A stretch of 64,000 nt of DNA from Vulcanimicrobiota bacterium. GTDB taxonomy: Bacteria; Vulcanimicrobiota; Xenobia; Xenobiales; JADMJV01. Shown here in pieces: positions 42,096 through 51,974 of this stretch. The first letter of the stretch is position 1. Each line of letters opens with the position of its first letter. The translations under genes and the position numbers were made by a program. The notes under the pieces are model-generated. The model was given only the letters and a program-made list of their open reading frames with translations, was not told where the DNA came from and did no database searches. The stretch lies in contig JBFWNU010000001.1 in the NCBI GenBank assembly GCA_050250895.1, forward strand, positions 2,628,891 through 2,692,890, read 5' to 3'.

Positions 42096-43489
42096 CCTAT
42101 CGACCTTCTTTCTTTGCGTCTCGCTCTAGCTTTTTTAGCCCTTTCACGGGCCACCGCCATGATCATTTTCGAAAATCCCCGCCAACGACTCAGCAGGTCG
42201 CCCGCGTGGGCCGCGTGCAGATAGCCCTCCAGGACGGCCTCGTCGGTGTCGGCGGGCGGGTCCAGGTGATAGAGGGGGCCCTTGCCCCGCACCTGGACCG
42301 AGCGCTGGCGGGTCATCTGCAGTAAACCTTCCCGCCCCCGCGTCAGGCCAAAACCGCTGGCTCCCCGCCCGCCAAAGGCCAACCGGGGATCGGCGGTGGG
42401 AGCGATCAGGTCGTTGATGGTGACCACTCCGACCTGTAATTGGGCGGCCGTTCGGCGCGCCCGGGCTTCGGGTCCGAAGACGGCCGCCGTCAAGCCATAG
42501 GGGCAATCGTTGACCAGCTCGATGGCCTGAGCCGTGGACTCGGTGGCCACCAGCGAGAGCACCGGCTCGAACACCGCCTCACGCACCAGCCGACACCCGG
42601 GTTGCACCCGGGTCACCACCAGCGGACCGCTGTTGGGCTGGCCCACCAGGCAGCGTCCTCCGGACTCGGCCACCCATTCGGGCAAAGCGCCGTTGAGAGG
42701 TATCCGGGCGGTTCCCTCCAGCTGGGCCACCAGCCGTTCTTCCAACTGGGTCAGCAGGGGGGCCGGCACGAAAGCCCGGCGGGGAGCCATGCAAGTCTTG
42801 CCCTGATTGAGCCGCAGGCCGAAGGCCAGGGCCCGGGCCACCAGCTCGAGGTCGGCGCCGGTCTCGATGATGACCGCGTCACACCCCGACAATTCGGCCA
42901 CCACCGGGGTCACCGTCTCGGCCGCCAGCCGCAAGACGGCACGACCGGTTGCGTTCGAACCGGTCAAAACGACCAGGTCGACCCCTTCGGCCAATAGCTG
43001 GGGAACCGTCTCGATGGCGCTGGGAGCCAGGCTCAAAGGCAGCCCCTGGGCGGCCTCGAGCAGAAACTCGAGCGGTTTCTCCATGCCCGGGGCCGGCTTG
43101 ATGATGACGGCGTTGCCCGCAGCCAGAGCCTGAAAGGCCTGGACAGCCGGTAAAAAGAACGGATAGTTGGCGGGAGCCAGAATCAGCACCACGCCGAGTG
43201 GGTCGCGGTAGACTTCGAGTTCGACCGCCCCCAGCCAGAACGGTCTTCCGGCCGCGCTGATCTTGTGAGGCGCCAGCAAGGCCTCGGCCTCGCGCTCGAG
43301 AAACCGGCAGGCGTCCAGGCTGGGAATCAGCTCGCTGGAAAGGGCTTCAGCCCGGCTGCAACCGCGCAGCTCGACCAGGCAATCGCTCAGCCCTTCGAAG
43401 CGGTCGGCCAGCCGCGTGCGAACCCGACGAAGGCGGTCCAGGCGCGAGCTGACCCCCAGACGGGCCCACTCTGCTTGGGCGGCTCTCAA
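42092..43489 (-). CDS. Aldehyde dehydrogenase (AldH/CrtNc-like carotenoid aldehyde oxidase)
   Basis: PLGVVLILAPANYP, LTGS, ELSG, NQGKTCMAP, FEPV, FGGRGASGFG. TTG start overlaps the crtN stop. Confidence 0.85.
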   Translation of the reverse strand: MRAAQAEWARLGVSSRLDRLRRVRTRLADRFEGLSDCLVELRGCSRAEALSSELIPSLDACRFLEREAEALLAPHKISAAGRPFWLGAVELEVYRDPLGVVLILAPANYPFFLPAVQAFQALAAGNAVIIKPAPGMEKPLEFLLEAAQGLPLSLAPSAIETVPQLLAEGVDLVVLTGSNATGRAVLRLAAETVTPVVAELSGCDAVIIETGADLELVARALAFGLRLNQGKTCMAPRRAFVPAPLLTQLEERLVAQLEGTARIPLNGALPEWVAESGGRCLVGQPNSGPLVVTRVQPGCRLVREAVFEPVLSLVATESTAQAIELVNDCPYGLTAAVFGPEARARRTAAQLQVGVVTINDLIAPTADPRLAFGGRGASGFGLTRGREGLLQMTRQRSVQVRGKGPLYHLDPPADTDEAVLEGYLHAAHAGDLLSRWRGFSKMIMAVARERAKKARARRKERRSIG

Positions 43490-44991
43490 GAGCGGAAGGC
43501 CACCCGGTTCGGGTCGAGGCCCAGGTCTTTGCACAGCAAGGTCGAGGTAATGCGGCTCGAGCTGTAGATGACCGGCAGGCCGCTGCCGGGATGGGTGCCG
43601 CCGCCGACGAGATAGACGCCGTCGAGATCGTTGAAACGGTTGCCCGGTCGCCAGTGCAGCATCTGGGTGATATTGTGGGCCAGGCTGAAAGTGGCTCCCC
43701 GATAGACCTCGAGCTGATTGCACCAGTCCTCGGGAGTCATGATGCGCTCGGTCACGATCCGATCTTCGATGTCGTGCAATCCCAACCGGCCCAACTGACG
43801 CAGCGCCAGCCGCCGGAACGAATGCTTCTCGGTCTGCCAGTCGATGTTGCCTTGCAGGTGGGGCACCGGAACCAGCAGATAGAGCGCGCTGTACCCCTCG
43901 GGGGCCAGGGTCGAGTCGGTCACCCCGGGGTTTTGCAGATAGAACGAGGGGTCGTTCGAGAGCCGGAAGTGGCGCGTGATGTCTTCGATGTTCTGCTGGT
44001 AGTCGCTCGAGAAATAGATGGTGTGGTGGGCGGCGTCCACGCTGCCCTTGATGCCAAGATAGAGCATGAAGGTCGAGCAGGAATAGCGCTTGCCCTCGAT
44101 CTTCTTGTCGGTCCACCGCTTGCGCAGGTGGTTGGGCACCAGCCGGGTCATGGCTTGGGCAAAGTCGGCGTTGATGACCAGGGCCCGGCAAGGCAGCTTC
44201 TCTTTGTTGGTGCGCACGCCCACGGCGCGGCGACCCTCGAAGAGCACTTCTTCGACCTCCTCTTCCAGGCGGAAGTCGACCCCCATCGAGCGGGCGATGT
44301 CAGCCATCTTCTCGGAAACGGCCGCGCAACCGCCCTCGGGGTGATAGACGCCATGCTCGTACTCCAGGAAGCTGAGGATGGTGAACAGGCTGGGGCACTG
44401 GAAGGGCGACATCCCCAGATACTTCGACTGGAAGGAAAAGGCCAGCCGCACCCGCGGGTCCTGGAAGAAGGTGGCCAGGTCGGCATCTACCGAGCGCCAG
44501 GGCCGGACCAAGGGCAACAGCTTGAGCATATCCAGGCTCAGCAGCCGGGTCCAGCTTTCAAACGGCGACTCGAGGATCGGGGCAAAGCTGTCGAGCTTGC
44601 GCCGGTTCTCGCGCAGAAAGGCCTCGAGATTGGTCGCGTCATGCAGCGAGAATCGGGCCACCTCGGCCTCCATCCGCTCGAGGTCGGCGGTGGCGTCGAT
44701 CTGGCCTCCATCACCGAAGACCAGCCGGTACTGGGGGTCGAGCCGGGTCATCTTGACCTCTTGAAAGAGGTCGAAACCTACCGTCTTGAAGATCTCTTCG
44801 AGAATTCGGGGATAGAGAAAGAACGTCGGCCCGCAGTCGAAGCGAAAGCCATCGGTCTCGATAGCCGAGCACCGCCCACCAACTCTTGGTAGACGTTCGA
44901 CCACAGTCACCTTGAGGCCCGCATGGGCCAGTAGCATCGCGGCTGCGAGCCCCCCCGGCCCGGCCCCTACGATGACAATCCGATCGTGCAT
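43486..44991 (-). CDS. crtN: Phytoene/diapophytoene desaturase (CrtI/CrtN)
   Basis: IVGAGPGGL, FDCGPTF, FQSKYLGMSPF, YSCSTFMLYLG, GGGTHPGSGLPVIY. Confidence 0.82.
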   Translation of the reverse strand: MHDRIVIVGAGPGGLAAAMLLAHAGLKVTVVERLPRVGGRCSAIETDGFRFDCGPTFFLYPRILEEIFKTVGFDLFQEVKMTRLDPQYRLVFGDGGQIDATADLERMEAEVARFSLHDATNLEAFLRENRRKLDSFAPILESPFESWTRLLSLDMLKLLPLVRPWRSVDADLATFFQDPRVRLAFSFQSKYLGMSPFQCPSLFTILSFLEYEHGVYHPEGGCAAVSEKMADIARSMGVDFRLEEEVEEVLFEGRRAVGVRTNKEKLPCRALVINADFAQAMTRLVPNHLRKRWTDKKIEGKRYSCSTFMLYLGIKGSVDAAHHTIYFSSDYQQNIEDITRHFRLSNDPSFYLQNPGVTDSTLAPEGYSALYLLVPVPHLQGNIDWQTEKHSFRRLALRQLGRLGLHDIEDRIVTERIMTPEDWCNQLEVYRGATFSLAHNITQMLHWRPGNRFNDLDGVYLVGGGTHPGSGLPVIYSSSRITSTLLCKDLGLDPNRVAFRS

Positions 44992-45145
44992 CGGGGACGT
45001 TTTAACGCCCGGAGGGGATTTCCTGGCTCATTTCCTATGGTTACGCGCCAAGCGGCGCTGTTCAGAAACTGTTAACATTCACCGGCTAAGAGCGACCTGA
45101 ACGCCGCTGAGCAGGATTTCTCGGGTGCACCCGGCACTTGCCCGG

Positions 45146-45811
45146 ATGGCTATCCAGGCGATCGTGTTTGACATGGACGGGATACTCATCGATTCTGAGC
45201 CCTTCTGGCGCAAAGCCGAAGTGGAAGAATTCGGAGCCGTCGGGTTGCAGTTGACCGAGCAGGACTGTCACCAGACCACGGGCCTTCGCATCGACGAAGT
45301 CGTGGCCTTTCGCCACGCCCAGCAGCCCTGGAGCACTCCCTCGCAAGCCGAAGTGGCGGAACGCATCACGGCGCGGGTGGCCGAATTCGTGACCAGCCTC
45401 GGGCAACCCCTCGAGGGTGCCCGCCAGGCCCTGGAGGTAGCCCGCCAGACCGGACTGCCGCTGGGGCTGGCCTCGTCTTCGACCTATCGGCTCATCGAGT
45501 GTACGCTCGAGAGTCTCGGGCTCAAAGCCTTTTTCGATGTCATCCACTCGGCTCAGGAAGAGGCTCTGGGCAAGCCCCATCCGGCTGTCTATCTGGCCGC
45601 GGCCGCCAAGCTGGGGGTGGCGGCGCCTCACTGCCTGGCCATCGAAGATTCGCTCAACGGAGTGATCGCCGCTAAGGCCGCCCGCATGACGGTGGTAGCC
45701 ATCCCCGAAGCCCACCAGCAAGAGGATCCGCGCTTTGGCGTGGCCGACCATCGGCTGGCCGGCCTCGAGGAGCTGGTCCGTCTCTTACCGGTCCTCGTCG
45801 GAGCTGCCTGA
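45146..45811 (+). CDS. HAD-family sugar-phosphate phosphatase (YniC/HxpB-like)
   Basis: FDMDGILIDSEPFW, LASSS, GKPHPAVY, IEDSLNG. Confidence 0.88.
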   Translation: MAIQAIVFDMDGILIDSEPFWRKAEVEEFGAVGLQLTEQDCHQTTGLRIDEVVAFRHAQQPWSTPSQAEVAERITARVAEFVTSLGQPLEGARQALEVARQTGLPLGLASSSTYRLIECTLESLGLKAFFDVIHSAQEEALGKPHPAVYLAAAAKLGVAAPHCLAIEDSLNGVIAAKAARMTVVAIPEAHQQEDPRFGVADHRLAGLEELVRLLPVLVGAA

Positions 45812-46159
45812 GAGCAGGATCTGGCCGGCTTCGAGCAGAGCGTCGACGTGGGTCGGGGAGACCCCCAGGGTGCGGGCCACCAGCCGGATCTGCTCCATTT
45901 CGCCGGGGTCGACCTCGCCGTCGGCCATACTGATCTTGAGCAGCTGGTCGAGGAGCTGGGTGCGGCTGGCTTCGTCGGGAAAGGCCGAGGCCAGATCCAC
46001 CGGTTCCTTGTTCTTGCCCGCCTCGATCAGATCGGCGGCGGTCACCCCCAGCGAGCTGAGAATGTCGGCCATCGCCTCGCGTTCCTGGGCGTCAAACGAG
46101 CCGTCGGCCATGGCCATGGCCCACAGGGCCTTGAGTCGAGCGCGCATCTGGTGATCCAT
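45785..46159 (-). CDS. TerB-family protein
   Basis: Two AxADG...E repeats (MAMADGSFDAQERE; ISMADGEVDPGEME). Confidence 0.78.
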   Translation of the reverse strand: MDHQMRARLKALWAMAMADGSFDAQEREAMADILSSLGVTAADLIEAGKNKEPVDLASAFPDEASRTQLLDQLLKISMADGEVDPGEMEQIRLVARTLGVSPTHVDALLEAGQILLSGSSDEDR

Positions 46160-46181
46160 CTGCTCTGGTTCTGGCCGCTGG

Positions 46182-46697
46182 CTAAGGTTCCCTACCGCCC
46201 CCCAGGTACTGCTCGAGGGCCCGCCGCGTGCTGGGGAACGAAAGGTTATGCCAGGGCAGCTCGTCGGGGCTGAAAAAGCGCGCCTGATTGCACTCTGGGC
46301 CCACCTGGGGGGTGGCTTTTTCGACCCGGGCAAGATAGACCAGCACCAGCACGATGCTGCCCGGCGAGTGAAACACTCCCAGCAGCTCCTGGGCCTGGAC
46401 TTCCAATCCCGCTTCCTCCAGGGTTTCGCGGGCGGCCGCCAGGGCTGGTTGCTCGCCGCGATCGACGTAGCCGCCAGGATAGGTCCAGGTGTCGACCGGG
46501 GCGATGGCCCGTCGCACCAGCAGAATGCGGTCGGCCTCGTCGCGAACGATGCAGCCGGCGGCCACCTTGGGATCGAGAAAGTGGATGCGTCCGCAGCCGC
46601 TGCAAACCGGGCGTTCCGCTCCCTCGACCTGGCGTGGCTCGAGGGGGCCGGCGCAAGCCGGGCAGAAGCGATAGACTTCCTGGTCGGGGTGGATCAC
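46182..46697 (-). CDS. NUDIX hydrolase with zinc ribbon
   Basis: CPAC...CSGC; Nudix box PGGYVDRGEQPALAAARETLEEAGL. Confidence 0.88.
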   Translation of the reverse strand: MIHPDQEVYRFCPACAGPLEPRQVEGAERPVCSGCGRIHFLDPKVAAGCIVRDEADRILLVRRAIAPVDTWTYPGGYVDRGEQPALAAARETLEEAGLEVQAQELLGVFHSPGSIVLVLVYLARVEKATPQVGPECNQARFFSPDELPWHNLSFPSTRRALEQYLGGGREP

Positions 46698-47431
46698 TGG
46701 CGGTGCACGCGAAAACCGGCCGAACTTTGCATGGTGGGCATCACCTCGAGGCGATTGATGTTCACCCGGGCCGGCAGGCTGGCGCACCAGAAGACGGCCT
46801 CGGCGATATCCTCGGCCGTCAGTGGTTCGAAACCCTCATAGACGGCGTCGGCCTTTTGCCGGTCGCCAGCGAAGCGCACCAGCGAGAACTCGGTCTCGAC
46901 CATGCCCGGTTCGATGTTGGTGACCCGGATGTTCTTGCCATGCAGGTCACAGCGCAAATTGAGCGAGAACTGCTCGACGAACGCCTTGGTGCCCCCGTAG
47001 ACGTGGCCGCCCGGGTAAGGGTAAGTGCCGGCCACCGAACCGAGGTTGATGATGTGGCCGTGGTCACGCTCGACCATCCCCGGCAGAACCGCTCGGGTCA
47101 GACGCAGCAGGCCGTTGATATTCAAGTCGACCATGGCCAGCCAGTCGTCCATGGAGCACTCCCAGGCCGGGGCCATCCCGTGGGCGCAGCCGGCGTTGTT
47201 GACCAACACCGACACGGGGCCCAACTCCGCTACGAAGTCGGCCACCGCCTGACTGTCGGTGACATCGAGCGGGTGGGCCGTAGCCCTGGACCCCAGCTTC
47301 TTGGTCAGAGCCTCGAGCCGGTCCCGGCGCCGGGCGGTCAGGATGACCTGGTGGCCTTCGGCCACGAAACGCTCGGCCACCGCTTGTCCGATACCGGCTG
47401 AAGCTCCGGTGACCAGCACCAGCTCGCTCAT
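46694..47431 (-). CDS. SDR oxidoreductase (YdfG-like)
   Basis: VTGASAGIG, NNAG, YGGTK, NIEPGMVETEFS. Confidence 0.9.
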   Translation of the reverse strand: MSELVLVTGASAGIGQAVAERFVAEGHQVILTARRRDRLEALTKKLGSRATAHPLDVTDSQAVADFVAELGPVSVLVNNAGCAHGMAPAWECSMDDWLAMVDLNINGLLRLTRAVLPGMVERDHGHIINLGSVAGTYPYPGGHVYGGTKAFVEQFSLNLRCDLHGKNIRVTNIEPGMVETEFSLVRFAGDRQKADAVYEGFEPLTAEDIAEAVFWCASLPARVNINRLEVMPTMQSSAGFRVHRQ

Positions 47432-47781
47432 GCGCCCAGCATCTCGAAGACCGAGGTGATTTGGCGCTCGGCGCCGCAATACATGCACTTACTCAGGCGC
47501 TTGCCCAGAACCCGCCCACACTGGCCACAGCTGGCCGTCTCTTGCGAGGCGGTGCCCAACTGCTGCACCCGAGCCAGCAGCTCTTCATCGGTCATGCCGT
47601 GTTTTTCCTGGAGCAACTCCCACATAGCCCGACAGACAAGGGTCAGGTTGGCCACCTTGTCCTCGAGATACTTCAGGTTGCTCTGAGCGCTCTCGGCTGC
47701 CCGGGCCGCCGATTGAGCCTCGCCCCGGGCGCCGGCGATGTTTTGCTGCTGGCGCATTTCCCAGAAGAAACTACCTGCCAC
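47428..47781 (-). CDS. Small coiled-coil protein with C-terminal zinc ribbon
   Basis: CGQC...CMYC; GGAGG SD; ATGA coupling. Confidence 0.7.
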   Translation of the reverse strand: MAGSFFWEMRQQQNIAGARGEAQSAARAAESAQSNLKYLEDKVANLTLVCRAMWELLQEKHGMTDEELLARVQQLGTASQETASCGQCGRVLGKRLSKCMYCGAERQITSVFEMLGA

Positions 47782-47790
47782 TTCCGCCTC

Positions 47791-49107
47791 CTAACGTCGG
47801 AAGAGACGTTGCCAGAACGTCTTCTTCTCTCCACCCACGGGTTGGGCCACCGGCTCGGGCTCGAGCCGGATCTCCTCCCCGCCGAACTCTAGCGCCCACG
47901 GCCCGGGCTTGGGATACTGCAAGACCTTGGGCAGAATCGGTCGCGGCTGGCGACCACACAGGGCCTTCCAGGCTGTCAGGGCCGAGTTGGGCGGGCGCCC
48001 CTCGTAGATCTCTTGAAGATTGAGATACCAATTCTTTAGCAACAAAGGCACCAGCTGAGGGTCGGCCTTGAGGGCCTCTTCGGTGAGGTTTTGCATCAGC
48101 TTGTTCACGTTGGGTTCGGCCTGGGCCGGCGGACCGAGCGAGTGCAGCTCGGCGCTGAGCAGGCGATAGAGCATCAGGTCGAAATCGTTGAGGCTACCGG
48201 CGTCGAGCACCTGCTTGACGGCCGCGTCCAGGAGAGGGTTGCCGGTGCGACCGTGCCAGATCTCGGCCGCCGGGCGCGACTCTTCTTCGTTCAGGTGGCT
48301 GTAGATCAGACCCAGGGCGATCTTGCCGACGTAGTTGAGGTTGACATCGCGAGCGTCGATCATCATCTCGAGGGTGCGATGATAGGTCTCGCGCCCCTCG
48401 TCGAGATGTCCGGCCGCCACCAGGCTGTCGGCCCTCTCGCCCAGGGCGGTGGTCTGGTCGGTGGCCGAAGGGGGCGGCTCTCCTTCCCGCACCATCTCGA
48501 GGCGCAGGCACAGATCAGGATGGGCCCCGCCGGCGTAGAGCCGCACCACGTCTCCCGAGACCAGCTCTTCCACCTGGCGAAACTCGCCAAATGGCCCCAG
48601 CACCTGGGTGGTCGGGGCCATCACCTTGAACTCCTTAGTCTCGCCTGCCTTGCGAATGGCCACCACGGCGGCCGTGGCCGAGACGATGTCGCCCTCGAGC
48701 GGCGGCGCCGGTTCATGGGGAATGGCATAGGAGACGATCTTGAGAAAGTCCTCGACCTGCTTTTTTTCGACCGGAAAGGGAAAGCGAAACTTTCCGTGGG
48801 AGAGATAGAGCAGCAGCATGGGATGCTGGCGCGCCAGCGACAGCACCCGCAGGCGAATCGGCTTGGGAGCGAGCTGCCCGATGATCTCGGCCGGACCGTC
48901 GGTCTGGGTTTCGAGGGTGCCGGCGGCCCGGGCGATCATGCGGCGCAGGTCTTTCATTTCGGCCGCCGACAGCGAGAGCATGATGGGTGAAGGCAGCTCG
49001 CCACAATGGAAGACCAGCCCGGCGAAACCGCTATAGCCCAGATCGACGAGATCGAGGCGGCGATCCGGCAACTCGAAGCTTGCCAGTTTGTCGAAGTCTA
49101 ACTCCAT
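47791..49107 (-). CDS. Hypothetical protein
   Basis: Long ORF with host-like codon usage; C-terminal KKTFWQRLF amphipathic tail. Confidence 0.65.
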   Translation of the reverse strand: MELDFDKLASFELPDRRLDLVDLGYSGFAGLVFHCGELPSPIMLSLSAAEMKDLRRMIARAAGTLETQTDGPAEIIGQLAPKPIRLRVLSLARQHPMLLLYLSHGKFRFPFPVEKKQVEDFLKIVSYAIPHEPAPPLEGDIVSATAAVVAIRKAGETKEFKVMAPTTQVLGPFGEFRQVEELVSGDVVRLYAGGAHPDLCLRLEMVREGEPPPSATDQTTALGERADSLVAAGHLDEGRETYHRTLEMMIDARDVNLNYVGKIALGLIYSHLNEEESRPAAEIWHGRTGNPLLDAAVKQVLDAGSLNDFDLMLYRLLSAELHSLGPPAQAEPNVNKLMQNLTEEALKADPQLVPLLLKNWYLNLQEIYEGRPPNSALTAWKALCGRQPRPILPKVLQYPKPGPWALEFGGEEIRLEPEPVAQPVGGEKKTFWQRLFRR

Positions 49108-49147
49108 GGGACCCCCTACCATTGCGGCCCTTGGCCCACTTTATCCT

Positions 49148-49552
49148 TTAGGGTACAAGCATCGTCGGCAAAGTCGCACACAGAGCCACTTTGTGGCTCA
49201 CCCCCGGCCGCGAGGAAGCGTCGACCAGGGGGCGAGAGCCTAGCACCAGCAGCTCGGCGCCGGCCTCGTTGGCCAGTTCGACAATGGCCAGATGTCGGAT
49301 GCCTACGGTTACTCGTGACGAGCCCGAGGCCAGTCCCAGACGCTCTTCTTCGGCCGAGAGCTTCTGCTGCGACTTCTGCTTGAGTTCTTCGTGGAAAGCT
49401 CGAATCTCGGGGTCATCGCTGTCCACGTCGTCGACGGCCTCGACCACGTGAACCAGTTCGAGCTGGCCCTGAGTTGCCCGGGCCAAACGCAAGGCCTCGT
49501 CGGCGGCGCGGGCCGCGAGGTCGCTAAAATCAGTGGCTACGACAATTTTCAT
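49148..49552 (-). CDS. Universal stress protein
   Basis: MKIVVATDFS, LVHV, AELLVLGSR. Confidence 0.88.
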   Translation of the reverse strand: MKIVVATDFSDLAARAADEALRLARATQGQLELVHVVEAVDDVDSDDPEIRAFHEELKQKSQQKLSAEEERLGLASGSSRVTVGIRHLAIVELANEAGAELLVLGSRPLVDASSRPGVSHKVALCATLPTMLVP

Positions 49553-49597
49553 ACCGCACTCTTACCCAGATCGCGACCCGTCTCCACCTGGGGGGCT

Positions 49598-49774
49598 CTA
49601 GTCTGCGTCGGGCTTTTTGCGCCTGGGCGCCAAGCGCTCGCCCACATCGGAGAACTGGCCCTCGATGGTGTCGGCAGCCTTCATCATCTCGCTGAGGATC
49701 AGTTGAGCCACATCGTTAAATCGCTCTTGTAGAGTGCGCTGGCGAGGCAGTTCCACCGGTTCATCGAGGCTCAT
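49598..49774 (-). CDS. Small hypothetical protein (58 aa)
   Basis: MSLDEPVEL...; fills the gap between co-oriented genes. Confidence 0.45.
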   Translation of the reverse strand: MSLDEPVELPRQRTLQERFNDVAQLILSEMMKAADTIEGQFSDVGERLAPRRKKPDAD

Positions 49775-49808
49775 GCGAGGGGTCTTCGACGGGCGCAGGG
49801 CGATCTCC

Positions 49809-50621
49809 CTACCCGGGCCAGTTCGAGCCTTCGCCCACCCAGTCGTCCCAGGCCGGTTCGCTTTCGCTCGGTGGCGCCTCTTCGGCCGCGGGAGCAGCTT
49901 CAGCCTCGACCGCCGGGGCGGGGGCGGGCGTCTCTTCACCGCCCCAGAAGACCTCTTCCTCGCCGCTTCCCCAGCCCTGGCCCGATTGGGCCGGGGTTTT
50001 GGGGGCCTCAGCCTTGAGCCGGTCGGTCCACACCCGAATAGCGTCCATGACATCGTCCTGGCTGTGGGCGGCGGCCTCTTCCCAGGGTGTGCGGTTGCGC
50101 TTGAGGTCGCGGGCCTTGAGCAACGACGGATAGGCCTCGAGGTGGCGCACCACCAGGTCGGTCTGACCGGTAATGGCGGCCGTGAACACGTCATGGCGGG
50201 CGCCGTGGGCCAAGAGCACCTCGACCTTGTCTTGAAAACCCTCTTCGATGGCCGTAAAGAGCGGGGTTTCGGCCGAGGCGGGCAGGTTGACGTCGGCCCC
50301 GTGGGCGCACAACAGCTGGACCATCTCGAGGTCGGCCTCGGCCACCGCCAGCACCAGGGCCGGGGTCAGCCCGCGACCCGGCTCGAAGCCGATGGCGTTG
50401 ATGTCGGCCCCGGCCTCGAGCAGGCACTCGACCACCTCGCGCTGGCCGTGCAACACGGCATAATGCAGGGCCGTGTTGGTGAAGCCGTTGGAGGTCGGCT
50501 CGAGATGACGCGCCACTCCTTCATAGGTCTGGTTTACCAGCCCCGGTTCTTGGTGCAGAAGGCTACGCAGAGTGGGAAGGTCGGCGGTTAGGACGGCTTG
50601 CCAGAAGTTGGTGACGGACAT
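49809..50621 (-). CDS. Ankyrin-repeat protein
   Basis: TALHYAV, LLEAGADIN, TPLFTAI, LLAHGA; acidic low-complexity tail. Confidence 0.85.
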   Translation of the reverse strand: MSVTNFWQAVLTADLPTLRSLLHQEPGLVNQTYEGVARHLEPTSNGFTNTALHYAVLHGQREVVECLLEAGADINAIGFEPGRGLTPALVLAVAEADLEMVQLLCAHGADVNLPASAETPLFTAIEEGFQDKVEVLLAHGARHDVFTAAITGQTDLVVRHLEAYPSLLKARDLKRNRTPWEEAAAHSQDDVMDAIRVWTDRLKAEAPKTPAQSGQGWGSGEEEVFWGGEETPAPAPAVEAEAAPAAEEAPPSESEPAWDDWVGEGSNWPG

Positions 50622-50658
50622 TCACGCCACTTCGCACTTTCAGCCGCGAAACCTGTGG

Positions 50659-51222
50659 TCAGGCCTTGTTGGCCTGGTTGACCATTTGCTTGGCCCGGTC
50701 AGAATACCACATGCCGATGGTGGCCCCCGAATTCATGGCCCCGTCGCCGCGAGGCAAGTCTCCGCGCAGGCTGAAATAGACCCAGAAGCCATTGAGGGCG
50801 GCCGACGGATCGGTCTCGTGTTTGGCCAGGGCGTTGGCCAGCATGCGGGCGCTGGGCAAGCGCCGAAACTTATTGAGATGGCTCAGCAGGTTGCTGATGA
50901 GTTCGGGAGTGGCCGTCATGTCGTGCTCCATCTGCAGGCGCCGCAGGCAGATATCGGCTCCGGCCACGCCGACCAGCAGGGCTACCGGGTCGAGGTTTAC
51001 CGAGCGGTTCGCCAGTTTGAGCGCGGTCGAATCGTTGACGGCTGCCCGCAGCACTTCGAGCTGCTCGCTCTTGGTGTCGCCCAGCGAGCAGAGTTCGCCT
51101 GGATGAGCCTGGCATAGCTGTTGGCGCACCAGCGGGTCTTGCAGGGCTTGTTGGCAATTCTCGCCGCAAACGGCCACCAGGCTGACAAACGGCGGAATCT
51201 TGGTCTTGAAAAGCCCTCCCAT
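50659..51222 (-). CDS. Hypothetical protein
   Basis: GAGGGG SD then ATG (MGGLFK); no family recognised. Confidence 0.6.
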   Translation of the reverse strand: MGGLFKTKIPPFVSLVAVCGENCQQALQDPLVRQQLCQAHPGELCSLGDTKSEQLEVLRAAVNDSTALKLANRSVNLDPVALLVGVAGADICLRRLQMEHDMTATPELISNLLSHLNKFRRLPSARMLANALAKHETDPSAALNGFWVYFSLRGDLPRGDGAMNSGATIGMWYSDRAKQMVNQANKA

Positions 51223-51326
51223 GACACCCCTCACTACGGCACTTGGCCTGTTGTTTGCCGCCGTGACTCCAGTTCCTCTTCGTTTGGCCGGCAGGGGACA
51301 CCGACGAGCACAGACAAGAGGCCCCG

Positions 51327-51974
51327 GTGGAAAATCGGCGCGTTTTTGCCCGCATACCCTGCCGCCTGATCGTGTCAGTCCTTGGCTCCTCGGGAGCTTC
51401 GGTGGGAGAGATCCGAAATATCGGGCTAGGCGGCCTGCAGGCGCGTCTGCCGCGGCGACTGGCCGAGAATAGCCAGGCTCGGATCGCCCCCAATTTCGAA
51501 GGCGCCACCCCCCTGACTTACGAGGTGTGCTGGACCACCCCGGCCGGGGGCAGTTTTGATACGGGGTTTCGCTTTCCCGAGTCTTTGAGCAGCTTCTGGT
51601 TCTCGTGGGCGGCCGATCTGCTGGCCGGGGCCGACTTGACCAACAGCGAAGTGATGGAGCGTCGCCATTTGGTGCGCCTGGCCTGCAGCCTGAAAGCCGA
51701 GCTCCAGGCCGGCCAGAGCAGCTTCGTGGGAGATGTGCTCGACCTCGGCGCCGGCGGGGCGTTAGTCGAGAGCATGACCGAACTCGAGCCCGGCAGTCGG
51801 GTCAAGCTTACCATCGGCTCTCCGGTGCGAGTGGGCAACCTCGAGGCCCGTATTGCCCGTCGCTGGGAGGGCACCCCGCTACGCTACGGGTTGGAATTCG
51901 TCAATCTGCGCGAGCGCCATCGGTTGGCCCTGGTGCGCCTGCTCGACCTGCTGTTGCGCCGCGATGGGGCTTAG
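51327..51974 (+). CDS. Tandem PilZ-domain protein
   Basis: RRVFAR...NIGLGG and ERRHLVR...DLGAGG (RxxxR and D/NxxxxG motifs). Confidence 0.82.
   Translation: MENRRVFARIPCRLIVSVLGSSGASVGEIRNIGLGGLQARLPRRLAENSQARIAPNFEGATPLTYEVCWTTPAGGSFDTGFRFPESLSSFWFSWAADLLAGADLTNSEVMERRHLVRLACSLKAELQAGQSSFVGDVLDLGAGGALVESMTELEPGSRVKLTIGSPVRVGNLEARIARRWEGTPLRYGLEFVNLRERHRLALVRLLDLLLRRDGA

Noticed and set aside
43490-44191. N-terminal 234 aa of the 699-aa aldehyde dehydrogenase ORF
   Set aside because: Alternate frame inside crtN; ALDH similarity begins at the TTG overlapping the crtN stop.
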